A DNA stretch of 64,000 nt. Source: Candidatus Zixiibacteriota bacterium (GTDB lineage Bacteria; Zixibacteria; MSB-5A5; GN15; JAAZOE01). The DNA lies in contig JBDREQ010000021.1 in NCBI GenBank assembly GCA_043819555.1, forward strand, positions 1-64,000, read 5' to 3'. The translations under genes and the position numbers were made by a program. Below the pieces are notes generated by a model. It worked only from the letters and a program-made list of their open reading frames with translations, was not told the origin of the DNA and searched no databases. This document shows positions 1 to 11,055 of this stretch, one piece after another; the first letter of the stretch is position 1; every line of letters begins with the position of its first letter.

Positions 1-50
1 GCAGGAACCCACCTCAAAAATCGCTTCGCTTATTTTTGAGATGGGCCACC
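1..50 (-). repeat. REP-like palindromic repeat, GGTGGCCCA...GGTGGGTTCC family (variant with longer internal stem)
   Basis: Reverse complement reads ggtggcccatctcaaaaat...atttttgaggtgggttcctgc. The ends match the copies at 31335, 39382 and 39562, and there is an internal inverted repeat ctcaaaaat/atttttgag. Confidence 0.65.
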
Positions 51-81
51 CGGTCGGCAGAGTGTCTTTGCCGCCTTTGAT

Positions 82-237
82 TCACTCCGAAATAAGAAAG
101 AATCCAAAAAAACCACAAAGGATAAATAGTCCATAAAGAGCCAACAAAGCATCATTTCCGGTATACGAACCAAGTACACCCAAAGATCCTAAGAAGCCTA
201 AAAAACCAAGGTAACCAAGGTTCTTTTTCTTCTTCAT
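82..237 (-). CDS. small hydrophobic membrane protein, DUF3796-like (51 aa; not in ORF track)
   Basis: Manual translation MKKKKNLGYLGFLGFLGSLGVLGSYTGNDALLALYGLFILCGFFGFFLISE*, with an AGGAG RBS upstream. The GYLGFLGFLG motif recalls DUF3796. Confidence 0.7.
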   Translation of the reverse strand: MKKKKNLGYLGFLGFLGSLGVLGSYTGNDALLALYGLFILCGFFGFFLISE

Positions 238-618
238 ATTGTTCTCTCCTATAGTTAGAAATTACCACTAAACGAATCACGTCTTACCCAGTATAACTTA
301 CGAATATTCCAAGAGATAGGTTGCTTGTATAGACCGGTCGAAATCCCGTAAAAAATACTTCCAATTATTTTACCAATCCGATGTATTTTCCGAATTCATC
401 AGTTTAGTTGCCATGAAGTTCTTCAAAAAGACAAATGATTCAATTGCGCCAAACCAAAAAACAGGCCCCGCCTGTCGTAATCACCACCAATTTGATATGA
501 CCAAAAACGTTAATCTGAGGAAACAAACCCATTTACAATTGGATAAACGGTACACTTTGGAATTGAAGTCCGGATAATTATTGCATATAATAAGGCGAAT
601 TACATCCGGGGAGACAAA

Positions 619-1497
619 ATGACTTACGGCGCGCAAAATGATTACGGTAAAATAGAAAAGATACTCGTCAAGCATGTTCGTGATGCTTTTATCAATCAGG
701 AAAACATTGATAAGCAGTGGCAAAACCTCAATTATTATGAGCGGCCCAATTATGATAAATCACTGATTGAATACAATGCCCTTATTGAAAAGATCGCGTC
801 GGTCGGATGCGAAATTCACTATCTGCCACGAAACAGTGATGTTAGCATAGATTCGATTTATCCCCGCGACGCGGCCATTTCCACTTCTAAAGGCATAATT
901 TTATGCAACATGGGCAAGGCCGAACGAAGCGACGAACCTGAACTTCTAAAAGAATATTTCGGAAAAATAAGTGTCCCGATTTGGGGAAGTATCTCCGGTG
1001 ATGGCAGAGTCGAAGGCGGCGATATTATCTGGCTGGACGGCGATATCCTTGTCGTTGGGCGAGATTATCGAACCAACGATGAAGGCATTCGTCAGTTGAA
1101 GCAACTGCTAAATGGCATCGCCAAAGAAGTCATTGCGGTACCGCTCGTACATTGGGAAAGCCCCTCCGATGTATTTCATTTGATGTCGATAATCAGTCCG
1201 ATAGATAAAGACCTAACGTTGGTTTATCCCCGACTTCTTCCAGTTCCGTTTCGAGAACTGTTGATTAATAAAGGCATTCAATTAGTTGAGGTTCCTGACG
1301 AAGAATTCGAATCGATGGGATGCAATGTATTGGCGTTAGCGCCTCGCAAATGCCTCATGCTCGATGGTAATCCGATTACGAAAAAACGCCTTGAATCCGC
1401 CGGGGCGGAAGTTCTTACTTATTCCGGAAATGAAATCTCCCGCAAAGGCGCCGGCGGCCCGACCTGCATGACCCGCCCGTTCAAACGGCAGGGATAA
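619..1497 (+). CDS. amidinotransferase superfamily protein (dimethylarginine dimethylaminohydrolase/arginine deiminase-like)
   Basis: Motifs YPRD, VEGGD, RTN, FHL and the C-terminal GGPTCMTRP catalytic Cys. Confidence 0.85.
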   Translation: MTYGAQNDYGKIEKILVKHVRDAFINQENIDKQWQNLNYYERPNYDKSLIEYNALIEKIASVGCEIHYLPRNSDVSIDSIYPRDAAISTSKGIILCNMGKAERSDEPELLKEYFGKISVPIWGSISGDGRVEGGDIIWLDGDILVVGRDYRTNDEGIRQLKQLLNGIAKEVIAVPLVHWESPSDVFHLMSIISPIDKDLTLVYPRLLPVPFRELLINKGIQLVEVPDEEFESMGCNVLALAPRKCLMLDGNPITKKRLESAGAEVLTYSGNEISRKGAGGPTCMTRPFKRQG

Positions 1498-1498
1498 A

Positions 1499-3445
1499 TC
1501 AATCCTCCTCGTATCGCTTTTTGATGCGAGCCAAAATGTCCGGATCGGCCAGAGTCGTTGTGTCCCCCGCTATGCGCCCGGCAGCAATATCGCGCAATAA
1601 ACGGCGCATGATTTTGCCCGACCTGGTTTTGGGAAGCTCAGGAGCGTAAATAACTTTATCCGGTTTGGCAATGGCTCCGATTTTGCGAGCAACAAAATCC
1701 CGCAACTGTTCAATAGTTTTATCAGTAAATTCCTCACCGCCTCCCAATGTCACGAAGGCTGCCAGGCATTCGCCCTTGAGATCGTGTGGGATTCCGACAA
1801 CCGCCGCTTCGACAACTTTGGGGTGGGCAACGAGGGCCGATTCTACTTCCATCGTCGAAAGGCGATGACCGGCGGTGTTTATAACATCATCGATGCGGCC
1901 AAGTATCCAGAGATAACCATCTTTATCTATTTTGGCTCCATCGCCGGGAAAATAAACACCGGGCCATTTTGTCCAATAGACATCGATAAATCTTTTGCGG
2001 TCGCCCCAGATTCCATTAAGCATCCCCGGCCACGGTTTGGTAATCGCCAGGTAACCGCCGCCCTGTTTTATTTCTTTGCCGTTTTCATCGAGGATTTTGG
2101 CCTCAATACCGGGAAAAGCCTGGGTTGCCGAACCGGGCTTGGTTTTGGTAATCCCCGGAAGAGGCGTAATCATGATATGTCCGGTTTCGGTTTGCCACCA
2201 GGTATCAACAATCGGACATTTTCCGCCGCCGATATGTTTGTGATACCACATCCACGCTTCAGGATTTATCGGTTCGCCGACTGTCCCAAGTAATCGCAAT
2301 GAACTCAAGTCATGTTCGGCGGGCAATTTTTCCCCCCACTTCATAAAGGCTCGGATGGCGGTGGGAGCGGTATAAAACACATTGACGCCATAATCTTCGA
2401 CGATTTGCCAGAAACGGTTTTTGTCCGGCCAGTCGGGGCTTCCTTCATACATCACCTGAGTGGCGCCGTTGGCGGTGGGACCATAGACAAGATACGAATG
2501 ACCCGTTACCCAGCCAACATCGGCGGTGCACCAGAAGACATCATCTTCCTTCAGGTCAAATACATATTTTGAAGTAGTGTAGACTCCGGTCAGATATCCT
2601 CCGCACGTATGAACAATTCCTTTTGGCTTACCGGTTGTCCCGGAAGTATAGAGAATAAATAAAGGATCGTTGCTGTCAACATAGACCGGCTGGCAATAAT
2701 TATCGGCTTCCTGCATTAATCGATGATACCAATGATCGCGTCCTTCTTTGATGCGCAAAAGAAAATCCCCTCGTTTGACGATGACAACATGCTCTATTGA
2801 CGGGCATTCGGCAATAGCCACATCGGCATCATGCTTAAGAGGTATTATTTGTCCGCGCCGCCAATCGCCATCAGCGGTTATAAGGAGTTTTGCTTCGGCG
2901 TCATTAATTCTATCGCGCAGTGATTCAGGGGAAAAGCCTCCAAAAACAACAGAATGAATGGCGCCAATGCGGGCACAGGCCAGACAAGCAACAACAAGTT
3001 CAGGTATCATCGGCAGATATATAGCGACCCGATCTCCCTTTTTTATTCCTAAAGATTTGAGGGCATTTCCAAATTTATTAACTAATCGATAAAGCTCAAA
3101 ATATGTCAAAGTTCTCCGATCGCCCGGTTCGCCTTCCCAGAAGAGAGCCGCTTTATTTTTTTGTCCGCTGGCGATATGCCGGTCGAGACAGGATTCGGTA
3201 ACATTGAGTTTTCCGCCAACAAACCAACGGGCATCGGGAGCTTTCCATTGAAGACCCCTTGTCCATTTTTTCTTCCAGATTAATTCACCGGCCATTTTTT
3301 CCCAAAAAGCGATCGAATTCTTCCTGGCCAAATTATAAATTTCCCTTTTTGCATTTGCGTTTTTTGAAAATTCTGATGATGGCCTAAAAATTCTTTTCTC
3401 GTCAAGCAATGTCTCAATAGCAATATTTTTTGATTTTCGCGGCAT
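1499..3445 (-). CDS. acs: acetyl-CoA synthetase (AMP-forming)
   Basis: Motifs [20 protein letters not shown] and [15 protein letters not shown]. Confidence 0.96.
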   Translation of the reverse strand: MPRKSKNIAIETLLDEKRIFRPSSEFSKNANAKREIYNLARKNSIAFWEKMAGELIWKKKWTRGLQWKAPDARWFVGGKLNVTESCLDRHIASGQKNKAALFWEGEPGDRRTLTYFELYRLVNKFGNALKSLGIKKGDRVAIYLPMIPELVVACLACARIGAIHSVVFGGFSPESLRDRINDAEAKLLITADGDWRRGQIIPLKHDADVAIAECPSIEHVVIVKRGDFLLRIKEGRDHWYHRLMQEADNYCQPVYVDSNDPLFILYTSGTTGKPKGIVHTCGGYLTGVYTTSKYVFDLKEDDVFWCTADVGWVTGHSYLVYGPTANGATQVMYEGSPDWPDKNRFWQIVEDYGVNVFYTAPTAIRAFMKWGEKLPAEHDLSSLRLLGTVGEPINPEAWMWYHKHIGGGKCPIVDTWWQTETGHIMITPLPGITKTKPGSATQAFPGIEAKILDENGKEIKQGGGYLAITKPWPGMLNGIWGDRKRFIDVYWTKWPGVYFPGDGAKIDKDGYLWILGRIDDVINTAGHRLSTMEVESALVAHPKVVEAAVVGIPHDLKGECLAAFVTLGGGEEFTDKTIEQLRDFVARKIGAIAKPDKVIYAPELPKTRSGKIMRRLLRDIAAGRIAGDTTTLADPDILARIKKRYEED

Positions 3446-3643
3446 GGTTCACTCCCCAAAAGAGATATAATTTGTCAGCATTTGATTAATATAAATATAC
3501 GTCAGCTTTATGCAAATGATAGTTTTTCGAGGTGCCGCTCGCTACTCAACAAATTGATTCAATTCTTATTGATGCATTTCATTCCAATCCATATATTAGC
3601 ATAATCCAAATTGAGTATGAAAGCATTTTGAGAGGATTCGATT

Positions 3644-4393
3644 ATGCAATATGTTGAAATTTCGGAATATGAAAATATCGCCACCGTCATGTTGAGAAGA
3701 GGCAAAGTTAATGCTTTTAATGAAGAAGCCGTCGATGACATGCAGGAAGCATTTAACAGTCTGGCCTCAAGATCAGAAATAAAATCGGTTATTTTCACCG
3801 GTCACGGGAAGTTTTTTTCCTTCGGATTTGACGTACCCGAACTAAATCAACTTCCCCCAGAAGATTTCAAACGATTTTTAATGAAATTTGCGACTTTGTA
3901 TAACACAATATATACATTTCCCAAACCAACTGTTGCCGCCATAAATGGGCATGCTGTAGCAGGAGGATGTATGTTGTCGATAATGTTTGACTATAGAATA
4001 ATAATTCCGGATTATGCCAAAGTATCTCTAAATGAGATCGCTATTGGCGTTCCCGTATTCGCAGGGAGCATTGATGTTTTAAAAGGATTAGTTGGGCAGC
4101 GTAATGCTGAAACCATTCTTCTGACCGGAGATATGTACGAGCCGCCACAGGCATTGACCCTGGGATTGGTCGATAAAATAACAGCGCCGAGTATGCTGAT
4201 GGAAGGGGCTCGAAATAAGGCACATGAATTGGGTAGTAAAAGAAGCCCCGCTTATTCAATAATCAAAGAAATGATAAGAAAACCGATTTCCGAAAGGTAT
4301 CTCCCTCTTGAAGAACCATATATCGAAAAATTTCTTAACATTTGGTATTCCGAGGAATCGCAGGATTTGCTAAAGGACGTTATCATTCGCTAA
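3644..4393 (+). CDS. enoyl-CoA hydratase/isomerase (crotonase) family protein
   Basis: Motifs FSFGFD, KPTVAAINGHAVAGG and LNEIAIG. Confidence 0.9.
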   Translation: MQYVEISEYENIATVMLRRGKVNAFNEEAVDDMQEAFNSLASRSEIKSVIFTGHGKFFSFGFDVPELNQLPPEDFKRFLMKFATLYNTIYTFPKPTVAAINGHAVAGGCMLSIMFDYRIIIPDYAKVSLNEIAIGVPVFAGSIDVLKGLVGQRNAETILLTGDMYEPPQALTLGLVDKITAPSMLMEGARNKAHELGSKRSPAYSIIKEMIRKPISERYLPLEEPYIEKFLNIWYSEESQDLLKDVIIR

Positions 4394-4476
4394 TCTTGAC
4401 ATGTTCATTCGGTTAAATCCAATATGCGAATTACCCGCCCCATGTGTTAACATCACCGGATTGATTTCGCATGGAA

Positions 4477-4719
4477 TCATTTTTTCAGCCGGTAGATAAA
4501 CCAGAAGCCGAATTTGGCTATAATAGCGACAAGCAAAAGACGAAGCACAAATCCTGCCGCGGCGACAGGACAGGACGTCGTAAAAATATAAAATAGAATT
4601 AAGGCTGATGTTCCTAGGCCGATATTCTTAAAATACTCTCCATATGGGTTTTCAGTATATTGGCCATAAGTGTACGCGATAATTGCGCAATAACTGATCA
4701 AATAAATCGGCGACAGCAT
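4477..4719 (-). CDS. small hypothetical membrane protein
   Basis: 80 aa ORF with about three hydrophobic segments. It fills an intergenic gap and has a GGGGGA RBS-like sequence upstream. Confidence 0.55.
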   Translation of the reverse strand: MLSPIYLISYCAIIAYTYGQYTENPYGEYFKNIGLGTSALILFYIFTTSCPVAAAGFVLRLLLVAIIAKFGFWFIYRLKK

Positions 4720-4902
4720 AGGTCCCCCAAGTTTAATACGCAGAAAAAATTTTATATTTCGTTATTAATTTCGTCTTTAAGGTGTGGAAATTAACGTAAC
4801 AGCAAGGAGATTTGTTTTTTCGAGGAATATCTTATTCAATAATTCCGCAGCTATTGACAAAATTCTTCGAATCAATTAATTAATAGGCGGGTAGAGTAAA
4901 TT

Positions 4903-5904
4903 ATGCAAAAGCGGTTAGTACTCATATTTGGAATCATTATCATTCTTATCGTCTTTGGATGTGCCAAGGAATTTGAATCCGGTCTAAATTCCCAGGCAAA
5001 TGATTTACAATATTGGTATTTTGCCCGAATTAATACATCGGATTATTATTTCGCTAAAAGAATTGTTCCAACCGTTACCGGAACGCAAATATTCGAACCG
5101 ATCGTTAATTGGGAGCAATCTTTAGGCGAGCCGTTTGTGGATTTGAACGCTGACGGTGTTTATGACGAAAATATTGATACATTTGACACTTCCCTGCATG
5201 ATTTAAATGGCAATCTTTCTTATGATAGCCCCACTGATCCCTGGAGCGAGGGAATTCCTTTTGATGATATTGACGGCAACGGACTTTTCAGAGAAAATAC
5301 CGGCGAACGGATAACCGGCTATGAGCTGGGGATGCCCTACGCTGATTTCAATAATGGCGGCACCCGGGATATCAGGCTGGATGGATTATATGGTGTGATA
5401 TCTTTCAATTCAGTGCCATATTATGGCGCCCGTTCTTATGCGATTGAACAGGAATCCGCATATTATCAATTCATATCGGATTCGGGAATCTCATATGACT
5501 TGCCTTTCGGTTATGAATCAATACTTGGTTCTATCGTAATATCGGACACCGGGATGTTCTATCGGCTGCCACCATTTGTGGTACCTCTTCTGGATACCGG
5601 TGCGATTGTTTTATCGGAACGGAATTTTGAATTTAATTATCCTGATACATCAGCCGTTTATCACCGATTAATCGATTACCCGAAGACGTTATCGGTCGAT
5701 GGTTTGACATTCAATAACTTATTGTATTGCCAATTGACTCATGAAAATCGGCGTTTTGGTATTTATTTTTCCCGGGAACAGGGGCTGATGGCATACGAGT
5801 ATTCAATTCTAACCAATCCCTATGTTGTAAAATACCACACGATTGAATATTATTTTCGCAAGATCGATGGTGACGCGCCTTTGGTTTTTCCAACGAGCCG
5901 CTAA
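4903..5904 (+). CDS. hypothetical lipoprotein with DxNxDG-type repeats
   Basis: Lipobox VFGC. Repeated PFVDLNADGVYD, DLNGNLSYD, PFDDIDGNG and PYADFNNGG. Confidence 0.75.
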   Translation: MQKRLVLIFGIIIILIVFGCAKEFESGLNSQANDLQYWYFARINTSDYYFAKRIVPTVTGTQIFEPIVNWEQSLGEPFVDLNADGVYDENIDTFDTSLHDLNGNLSYDSPTDPWSEGIPFDDIDGNGLFRENTGERITGYELGMPYADFNNGGTRDIRLDGLYGVISFNSVPYYGARSYAIEQESAYYQFISDSGISYDLPFGYESILGSIVISDTGMFYRLPPFVVPLLDTGAIVLSERNFEFNYPDTSAVYHRLIDYPKTLSVDGLTFNNLLYCQLTHENRRFGIYFSREQGLMAYEYSILTNPYVVKYHTIEYYFRKIDGDAPLVFPTSR

Positions 5905-6035
5905 TCATGGCATTTGTTAATTTAATTTTCATAAATCGAGTAATTTAATCTTTTTGTACGTTTCTTGTTGAATAATGCTTCAATATAAATCTATATTAAA
6001 AGCGCCAAAGATAAATCATGAAAAAGGAGGATAAA

Positions 6036-6851
6036 ATGCTAAGAAAGAGATTTTCCAACTATTTGCCAATAGTGGCACTGCTATTGGCTGGGATATTCAT
6101 GGCTGGATGCGGCACCCAGGTTCCATCCGGACATCGCGGCGTGAAATATTTCAAATTCGGTGAAGGAACCGAGATGGGCAAAATATATGATGAGGGTTTC
6201 AATTGGCACATGCCATGGAACACGATCTATGTTTATAAAACCCAGTTGGATGAACGCAAGGAGGATTTGCAAATTTTATCTTCCGATGGAGCGTCAATTG
6301 ACCTCGAAGTGTCTGTCTGGTTCAAGCCAATTCCTAATAAGCTTGATTCGCTTCAAAAAACAATCGGGCAACAATACTATAATTCGGTAGTCGCTTCAGC
6401 ATTAAGGGGCGTTGGCCGTTCTGTTGTCGGAAAATACAAACCGGAAGAGATTTACTCAAGTAAAAGAGAATTGATTGCTTCTGAAATATTGTCCGAAATG
6501 CAGCAATTACTGGTTGATAAATTCGTCAATATTGAGAATATTATCATTCGGAATGTCGGTCTCCCGCCGAGAATTACAGCCGCGATTAACGCCAAGCTGG
6601 AAGCCGACCAGCAGCAGCAGCAAATGACATTTGTTTTATTGAAAGAGGGACAGGAGGCTGAACGAAAGCGGATTGAAGCGCAGGGTATAGCCGATTTCCA
6701 AAAAATCGTTTCCAGCGGAATAACCGAGACATTGCTTAAATGGAAAGGCATCGAAGCGACTGAAAAGCTGGCCAATTCGCCTAATACAAAAGTAGTTATA
6801 ATCGGTAGCGGTAAAGACGGTTTACCCATCATTCTTGGAGGAGATAAATAG
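6036..6851 (+). CDS. SPFH/prohibitin (Band 7) family protein, probable lipoprotein
   Basis: VPSGHRGV, AERKRIEAQGIADFQ and WKGIEATEKLANSPN. An AGGAGG RBS precedes ATG 6036, and there is a lipobox MAGC. Confidence 0.9.
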   Translation: MLRKRFSNYLPIVALLLAGIFMAGCGTQVPSGHRGVKYFKFGEGTEMGKIYDEGFNWHMPWNTIYVYKTQLDERKEDLQILSSDGASIDLEVSVWFKPIPNKLDSLQKTIGQQYYNSVVASALRGVGRSVVGKYKPEEIYSSKRELIASEILSEMQQLLVDKFVNIENIIIRNVGLPPRITAAINAKLEADQQQQQMTFVLLKEGQEAERKRIEAQGIADFQKIVSSGITETLLKWKGIEATEKLANSPNTKVVIIGSGKDGLPIILGGDK

Positions 6852-6860
6852 TTCTTTGGC

Positions 6861-6898
6861 CATAAAAAAGCCCCGTTTTTATGCGGGGCTTTTTTATG
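6861..6898. terminator. bidirectional intrinsic terminator
   Basis: Perfect 15-bp inverted repeat cataaaaaagccccg/cggggcttttttatg between convergent genes. Confidence 0.9.
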
Positions 6899-6907
6899 CT
6901 ATTTTGT

Positions 6908-9082
6908 TCAGTCAATTGTCAATTCCGACATTAGTTCGTCAAGATGATATACCTTATCAATAATAAATAACATATATCGCGAGTCGCATACAACCGCCCT
7001 GGTGTAATCAGGATCAAAATAATAATCAGCCAAAACACCATCAAAGCTGGTATCAAAATCAAGCCCGATTAGTTCCCCATTGCCGTTGATAACGGGACTC
7101 CCGGAATTGCCATTCGTACCTGAATTGGAGGTTATAAAATTAACGGGAATATCATTCAAATCTGAATCCAAATAACGTCCAAAGTCCTTCGAATCATAAG
7201 CCTCTTTTAATTCATCCGGGACGACAAACGGTTCTTCCCCCGTTTCCTTTTCCATGATACCGGTCAAAGTTGTCATAATTTCATATTGAATGCCATCCCT
7301 TGGCGAATATCCTTTCACCTGTCCGAAATTAAATCGCTTGGTTGAATTGGCATCAGGAGCGATATCCCCCTCTCTCCATTCCCAATATGCTTCCATTAAT
7401 TTCGGCGTCAAACGATTTTGTGCTCCCGAAAATTCATCATTGCGTTTTTCAATTGCATCCAGTTCCGGTTTTAGAGATATAGCCAGCGCTATCAACGGAT
7501 CGCCCAGATTTTCAATTTCCGCTTTGGTCATATTAAAAATATTAACGCGGGCGTCGGTATCTGACATCGCGGTTTTATCAATCAGATTTTCGACATATTC
7601 GTTGATTGTTTTCGATAGTGCATCTTCAGAAACATCTGCAAATATCGAAGTTATGGCCTGAATTGTCTGATCTTCGGGGAGCGCCATGATCTCTTTGAAT
7701 ATCCGCTTAAGCATAGCTTTATCGTAATCGGGAACGAGATTTATTTGTAATTCTCTTAAGCCTTTAAGGAAATACTCCTTATCGCGCTCAAGATAACCTC
7801 TTCTTCTGTCAATGTCATCCTTTTCACGTTCAACAGCCCACTTATAGAGGTCAAAGGCGTAATCGAAAAGGCCGCTGGCCCGCAATAGATTACTCAAATA
7901 AAAATCGTGCAGGTAGTTATGATTATTATCTATATATGCCTGTTTTAATTCCGGGAGAACATTGCCGAATTTTACATTCAACTGAGGATTATTTGTCAGA
8001 TAGGTGGTAAATTCATCTTCCATCTGGCGCCTCAGGTTCAATACCTTGGCGCGCTTTAATCCCAGTAATTGACCTTTTCGCTTCTTATAATAATTGCTGA
8101 TTCCGCCCCGATTGTTCGATAAGCGCAAAGCAACCTCAGGATCAGTGGACGCAATGCTGTCAAGTATATTCAGGCTTTTTTCTGAGAATTTAATATAGAG
8201 GGGTATATATTTATTCTCGAGGTGATCCAATTCCACCGAAGGTAAGTAGCGGCTGGTTCTGCCCGGGTAACCCATCAAAATCGTGAAATCATTTTCACGA
8301 AGGGGTTTGGAAGATATTTTTAGAAAGTTCTTGGGGTGGTAAGGGATATTATCGCTGGAATATTGAGCGGATGAGCCATCCGGAGCGATATAAGCTCGGA
8401 GAAACGAAAAATCCCCGGTATGACGAGGCCACATCCAATTGTCGATATCACCGCCGAAATTTCCGATAGCCTGGGGAGGGACATAGACTATCCGAATGTC
8501 CTTGATCTTGAAATATGTATACAGAATATACTGTTTACCGCCATACATTGAAGCCACTCGGCATTCGACATCACGGTCATTTTCAGCTTCTTTGACAATA
8601 GATTTAATCGCGACTTGTTCGGCCTCATTTCGTTCGTAATAATCTTCAATATGTCCGATTTGCTTCAGTATTTTTTCTGTAACATCATCAACCGATAAAG
8701 TCACTCTTACAAAACATCCAATCGCGGGAATTTCGTCTTCTTTAGTGGGGGCGTAAAAGCCATTTTTTAAGTAGTTTCTCTCAATCGTGCTTTGTTTTTG
8801 CACATAACCGTCAGCGACATGGTGATTAGTAACTAAAAGTCCAATGTCAGATACAAACGATGCCGTTCCTCCTCCGATTGAGATTACCGCATCAGATATA
8901 TCAGGGCCATCCGGATTGAATATTTCCTCGGGCTCCAGGTTTAAGCCCATCGCCTTCAGGCTATCAAAGGGTAATTTATTTAGATCATAAAGAGGCCACA
9001 TGCCACCGTCGGCACAAACCAGTGAGAATGAAAATAATAATAAAAAAAATGCCCCCGCAGATGTGACAATTACTTTCGCCAT
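6908..9082 (-). CDS. S46 family dipeptidyl peptidase (DPP7/DPP11-like)
   Basis: Signal peptide followed by DGGMW, TNHHV, GGDIDNWMWPRHTGDF and GNSGSP. GGAGG RBS before ATG 9082. Confidence 0.92.
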   Translation of the reverse strand: MAKVIVTSAGAFFLLLFSFSLVCADGGMWPLYDLNKLPFDSLKAMGLNLEPEEIFNPDGPDISDAVISIGGGTASFVSDIGLLVTNHHVADGYVQKQSTIERNYLKNGFYAPTKEDEIPAIGCFVRVTLSVDDVTEKILKQIGHIEDYYERNEAEQVAIKSIVKEAENDRDVECRVASMYGGKQYILYTYFKIKDIRIVYVPPQAIGNFGGDIDNWMWPRHTGDFSFLRAYIAPDGSSAQYSSDNIPYHPKNFLKISSKPLRENDFTILMGYPGRTSRYLPSVELDHLENKYIPLYIKFSEKSLNILDSIASTDPEVALRLSNNRGGISNYYKKRKGQLLGLKRAKVLNLRRQMEDEFTTYLTNNPQLNVKFGNVLPELKQAYIDNNHNYLHDFYLSNLLRASGLFDYAFDLYKWAVEREKDDIDRRRGYLERDKEYFLKGLRELQINLVPDYDKAMLKRIFKEIMALPEDQTIQAITSIFADVSEDALSKTINEYVENLIDKTAMSDTDARVNIFNMTKAEIENLGDPLIALAISLKPELDAIEKRNDEFSGAQNRLTPKLMEAYWEWREGDIAPDANSTKRFNFGQVKGYSPRDGIQYEIMTTLTGIMEKETGEEPFVVPDELKEAYDSKDFGRYLDSDLNDIPVNFITSNSGTNGNSGSPVINGNGELIGLDFDTSFDGVLADYYFDPDYTRAVVCDSRYMLFIIDKVYHLDELMSELTID

Positions 9083-9140
9083 TAAATAGTCCTCCTTTGG
9101 GACCAAGAAACATAAAACACGGGACTTTTACAAGATGTAA

Positions 9141-9911
9141 TTAATGAGTATTTGAATAATTTTTCTGCATGGCTCTAAATTCTCGCAATTCGGCAATGTC
9201 AAGAGTAATGGATATAATTCGCTCCTTGCCTTCATCCTGTGGGACAATACGCTTTAATATGCCCCATGGGGCGGCTACGAGTGATCTCCCCTGCAATTGT
9301 CCACCCCATAAATTGCCGACGGCGCAACACTTAACGATATAGGCGCCGCTGCAACGGGCTCCGTCCAAAAATATTTTATTGTCTCGGGCAAATTTATCTT
9401 TTTCGGATTCGCCGGGCCTATATGGAGATGTCGTCGGAACAAAGATAATATCCGGGCACAGGTGTCGCAGACGATCAAAGTTTTTCTTATACAGCACATC
9501 GGCGCAGATCAATATTGATATGCTAACGTCTTCAATTTCGATCAGGATTGGATTCTCACCGGGAGTAATATCGTTTTTCCGCTCATTCACAGTAGGATTG
9601 GTTTTGCGATACTTTCCAATAATTTTATTGCCGTCAAATACGTGACATGTATTGAAGAACTCATATTGATACGCCTCAATCGCGGTCCCGGCAATCAGGG
9701 TAGTCTCAAATCGCTCGGACAAAATCTCGCAATATTTCAATTTCCTTGATGTATCAAGGGAATTTTGGCGAGTGTCGCGCTGTCTGGAATTTACGTTAAA
9801 ATACTCGGGCAGAATTACATAATCGGGCCGTTGCCGAAAAATCATCAGGTTTTCATCAAGTGACAGCTCGCGTCCCACTTCGCATTGGACTATGACGATT
9901 TTTCTCAGCAT
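9141..9911 (-). CDS. carbon-nitrogen hydrolase (nitrilase superfamily)
   Basis: E-K-C triad motifs LPE, YRK and LICAD, plus APWG. Confidence 0.88.
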   Translation of the reverse strand: MLRKIVIVQCEVGRELSLDENLMIFRQRPDYVILPEYFNVNSRQRDTRQNSLDTSRKLKYCEILSERFETTLIAGTAIEAYQYEFFNTCHVFDGNKIIGKYRKTNPTVNERKNDITPGENPILIEIEDVSISILICADVLYKKNFDRLRHLCPDIIFVPTTSPYRPGESEKDKFARDNKIFLDGARCSGAYIVKCCAVGNLWGGQLQGRSLVAAPWGILKRIVPQDEGKERIISITLDIAELREFRAMQKNYSNTH

Positions 9912-10039
9912 ATATGAATATACGGCAGTTTTTTAGCCGCGGTTACCCTGGACGCATTAATTCTTTATTGCGCTTACCCGATATATATAATATACATTAA
10001 TCAGTGGTTAAACCATTGAGAAAGCGGGGATTTTGGAAA

Positions 10040-10711
10040 ATGGGACAGAAAATAATTTTCGGAGATGATTTTGGACTGATTTTAAAATCACGCGATCTCG
10101 AAAACAAAATAAGAGAAAGCGGCCGTCAGATAATTGCCGGAGTCGATGAAGCCGGACGAGGACCATTGGCCGGGCCGGTTGTCGCGGCGGCGGTAATACT
10201 GCCCGAAAGCGGAATGATAACCGGACTGGATGATTCCAAGAAACTGTCAGCGGCCCGGCGGGATATATTATTTGATCGCATTGTTACCTCGGGAGCCGAA
10301 TATGCGGTTGGGATTGTCGATAATGAGATGATTGATCGCATCAATATTTTGCGAGCATCTCTCCGGGCAATGGCACAGGCAGTTTACAAATTATCAAAAA
10401 AACCAGATTTGGTCATGGTGGATGGAAACCAGCCAATCCCCAATCTGGAATTCGCCCAGACAACAATTATTGGCGGTGACGCAATCTGCCCTTCAATATC
10501 GGCCGCTTCAATAATCGCCAAAGTTACGCGCGATAGAATTATGGATCATTATGATAAATTGTATTCTGATTTTTCATTTTCCAAACATAAAGGCTATCCC
10601 ACGGCTGAGCATCTGGAGCAGTTAATAACTTTTGGCGCAACCCCGATTCACAGGAGATCATTTAAACCGGTAGCTGAGGCGCTGTTGCAGACTGAACTGA
10701 CATTGGTATGA
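10040..10711 (+). CDS. rnhB: ribonuclease HII
   Basis: GVDEAGRGPLAGPVVAAAV, DSKKL, SIIAKVTRD and HRRSF. The start is uncertain (GTG 10004 or ATG 10040). Confidence 0.96.
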   Translation: MGQKIIFGDDFGLILKSRDLENKIRESGRQIIAGVDEAGRGPLAGPVVAAAVILPESGMITGLDDSKKLSAARRDILFDRIVTSGAEYAVGIVDNEMIDRINILRASLRAMAQAVYKLSKKPDLVMVDGNQPIPNLEFAQTTIIGGDAICPSISAASIIAKVTRDRIMDHYDKLYSDFSFSKHKGYPTAEHLEQLITFGATPIHRRSFKPVAEALLQTELTLV

Positions 10712-11055
10712 ATTCTAAAACTCGCGTCCAAAAAGGTGCCGATGGTGAAGATACCGCCACGCAGTATCTGCGTTTTTTGGGTTATAACATCCTGCATCGA
10801 AATAAAAGACTATCCCGATATGAAGTTGATATAATATGCGCCGACGGGGATTGCCTGGTGTTTGTGGAGGTCAAAAATTCGCCCGCGGGAAGCCTGGGAC
10901 ATCCGGCCACATGGATAGACGGCCGAAAGCAGGAAAGACTTCGCGCCGCTGCTGAAATATACATAAAGGAAAATCAAATTACCGATATGGATATCCGATT
11001 TGACGCTGTGACGATCTATAAGGGCCAAATAGAACATTTCAAAAACGCTTTCTAA
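10708..11055 (+). CDS. yraN: YraN family (UPF0102) endonuclease-like protein
   Basis: GEDxA...EVDII...VFVEVK...RFD...NAF. Overlaps the rnhB stop (ATGA). Confidence 0.9.
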   Translation: MNSKTRVQKGADGEDTATQYLRFLGYNILHRNKRLSRYEVDIICADGDCLVFVEVKNSPAGSLGHPATWIDGRKQERLRAAAEIYIKENQITDMDIRFDAVTIYKGQIEHFKNAF

